Below, one piece after another: positions 58,563 through 59,680 of a DNA stretch of 59,680 nucleotides. The translations under genes were made by a program, and so were the position numbers. The stretch's first letter is position 1. Each line of letters starts with the position of its first letter. The DNA is from an uncultured Bacteroidales bacterium (lineage in GTDB: Bacteria > Bacteroidota > Bacteroidia > Bacteroidales > JAAUTT01), in assembly GCA_964478555.1 (NCBI GenBank), contig CAYZNC010000001.1, positions 1-59,680 of the forward strand, written 5' to 3'. A model generated the notes under the pieces. That model did not search any database. It had not been told where the DNA came from and saw nothing but the letters and a program-made list of their open reading frames with translations.

Positions 58563-59680
58563 ATGTTCGAAACATTATCAAATCTTGCGTTACAACAGTA
58601 TTGGTGGATTATCGTATCACTGCTCGGAAGCCTTTTAGTCTTTCTTATGTTTGTGCAAGGCGGACAAACCCTCATTTATACGCTTGGAAAAAATGAAACC
58701 GAAAGAACTTTGATTGTCAATGCGCTTGGTCGCAAATGGGAATTTACTTTTACAACGCTTGTCACATTTGGGGGTGCATTTTTTGCATCGTTCCCATTGT
58801 TTTATTCCACAAGTTTCGGCGGCGCCTACTGGGTGTGGATGCTCATTTTATTTTGTTTTATTATTCAGGCAATAGCTTACGAATTCCGCTCAAAGCCTGG
58901 AAATATATTGGGACCCCGTACTTTTGAAACATTTTTATTCATCAATGGGGCACTGGGTACCATTTTAATAGGAACCGCCGTAGGTACCTTCTTCACAGGC
59001 TCAGAATTCTCAATTAACAATTATAATAATTCGCGGTGGGAATCGCCTTTTCATGGCTTAGAGGCTGCTTATAACCTTTTGAATATCTCCCTCGGTTTTG
59101 CTGTTTTTTTTCTGGCACGTGTTATGGCCATCCTGTACTTCATTAATAGTATTAGTCATACTGCTATAATTGAGCGAGCCAGGAAGAATTTATGGTACAA
59201 TGTTATTCCATTTCTGGTTTTCTTTCTGATGTTTGTGGTAATGCTAATGACGCGCAACGGATTTGCTTATTCCGATGAAACCAGGAAAGTGATGTTTGAA
59301 CCCTACAAATATTTTAACAATTTGGTGGCTATGCCAGTTGTTGCTTTGATATTCCTGCTGGGAGTAATTCTTGTTCTTTATGGAATTTTTATTTCGCTAT
59401 TCAAAGGTTCTGTCGGAGGAGTATGGTTTACAGGGACCGGAACGGTTTTTACGGTATTTTCTTTGTTTCTGATCGCCGGGTTCAATCATACCGCCTATTA
59501 TCCATCAACTTATGATCTGCAAAGCTCACTGACTATAGAAAATAGTTCATCAAGTCATTATACACTCACCGCAATGAGCTATGTATCGCTATTTGTTCCC
59601 TTTGTTTTTGCCTATATTTTCTATACATGGCGTCTAATGAATAAAAAGCAGATTTCAACAGATGAACTTAACGAAGAAAC
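58563..59680 (+). CDS. cydB: Cytochrome bd ubiquinol oxidase subunit II; 3' end lies outside the window
   Basis: The ATG at 58563, 2 nt after the cydA stop, opens a frame with no stop up to nt 59680. That is why it is absent from the ORF track. The translation MFETLSNLALQQYWWIIVSLLGSLLVFLMFVQGGQTLIY...FGGAYWVWMLILF is typical of CydB. Confidence 0.9.
   Translation, partial: MFETLSNLALQQYWWIIVSLLGSLLVFLMFVQGGQTLIYTLGKNETERTLIVNALGRKWEFTFTTLVTFGGAFFASFPLFYSTSFGGAYWVWMLILFCFIIQAIAYEFRSKPGNILGPRTFETFLFINGALGTILIGTAVGTFFTGSEFSINNYNNSRWESPFHGLEAAYNLLNISLGFAVFFLARVMAILYFINSISHTAIIERARKNLWYNVIPFLVFFLMFVVMLMTRNGFAYSDETRKVMFEPYKYFNNLVAMPVVALIFLLGVILVLYGIFISLFKGSVGGVWFTGTGTVFTVFSLFLIAGFNHTAYYPSTYDLQSSLTIENSSSSHYTLTAMSYVSLFVPFVFAYIFYTWRLMNKKQISTDELNEE

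Overview
This is an AT-rich chromosomal segment with the hallmarks of a Bacteroidota genome: tandem SusC/SusD pairs, two hybrid two-component regulators with AraC outputs, four proteins ending in T9SS-type C-terminal sorting domains, and DUF4492-cydAB.

Left third (1-20.8 kb): a xylan-type polysaccharide utilization locus in the conserved Xus order (HTCS, SusC, SusD, SusC, SusD, lipoprotein, GH10 with inserted CBM4-like modules). The GH10 gene is split by a single in-frame TAG. It is followed by a CE8 pectinesterase bracketed by two inverted copies of a ~130-150 bp palindromic MITE-like element, then a CE2-like SGNH esterase.

Middle (21-38.7 kb): housekeeping genes (acnA, rsmA, folK, sppA, lpxK, purine nucleoside phosphorylase) and a HAMP-GAF sensor. 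This part also holds the most unusual feature of the window, a ~5.4 kb redox cluster. In it, a lipoprotein multihaem cytochrome c is followed by a methyl-accepting chemotaxis protein whose periplasmic domain carries a CxxCH haem-c site. These face a convergent four-gene operon: CxxCH lipoprotein, small outer-membrane beta-barrel, monohaem cytochrome c, two-module lipoprotein.

Right third (38.8-56.2 kb): a minus-strand array of HTCS, GH26-like enzyme, GH18 chitinase, a giant two-GH18 chitinase and a metzincin protease. All four enzymes are modular and T9SS-tagged and share shuffled discoidin and/or Ig-like modules. No SusC/SusD pair is present in this array.

The window ends with DUF4492-cydA-cydB (cydB truncated). 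No rRNA, tRNA, CRISPR array, transposase or integrase gene was recognised. All family assignments come from motifs read by eye and need HMM confirmation.
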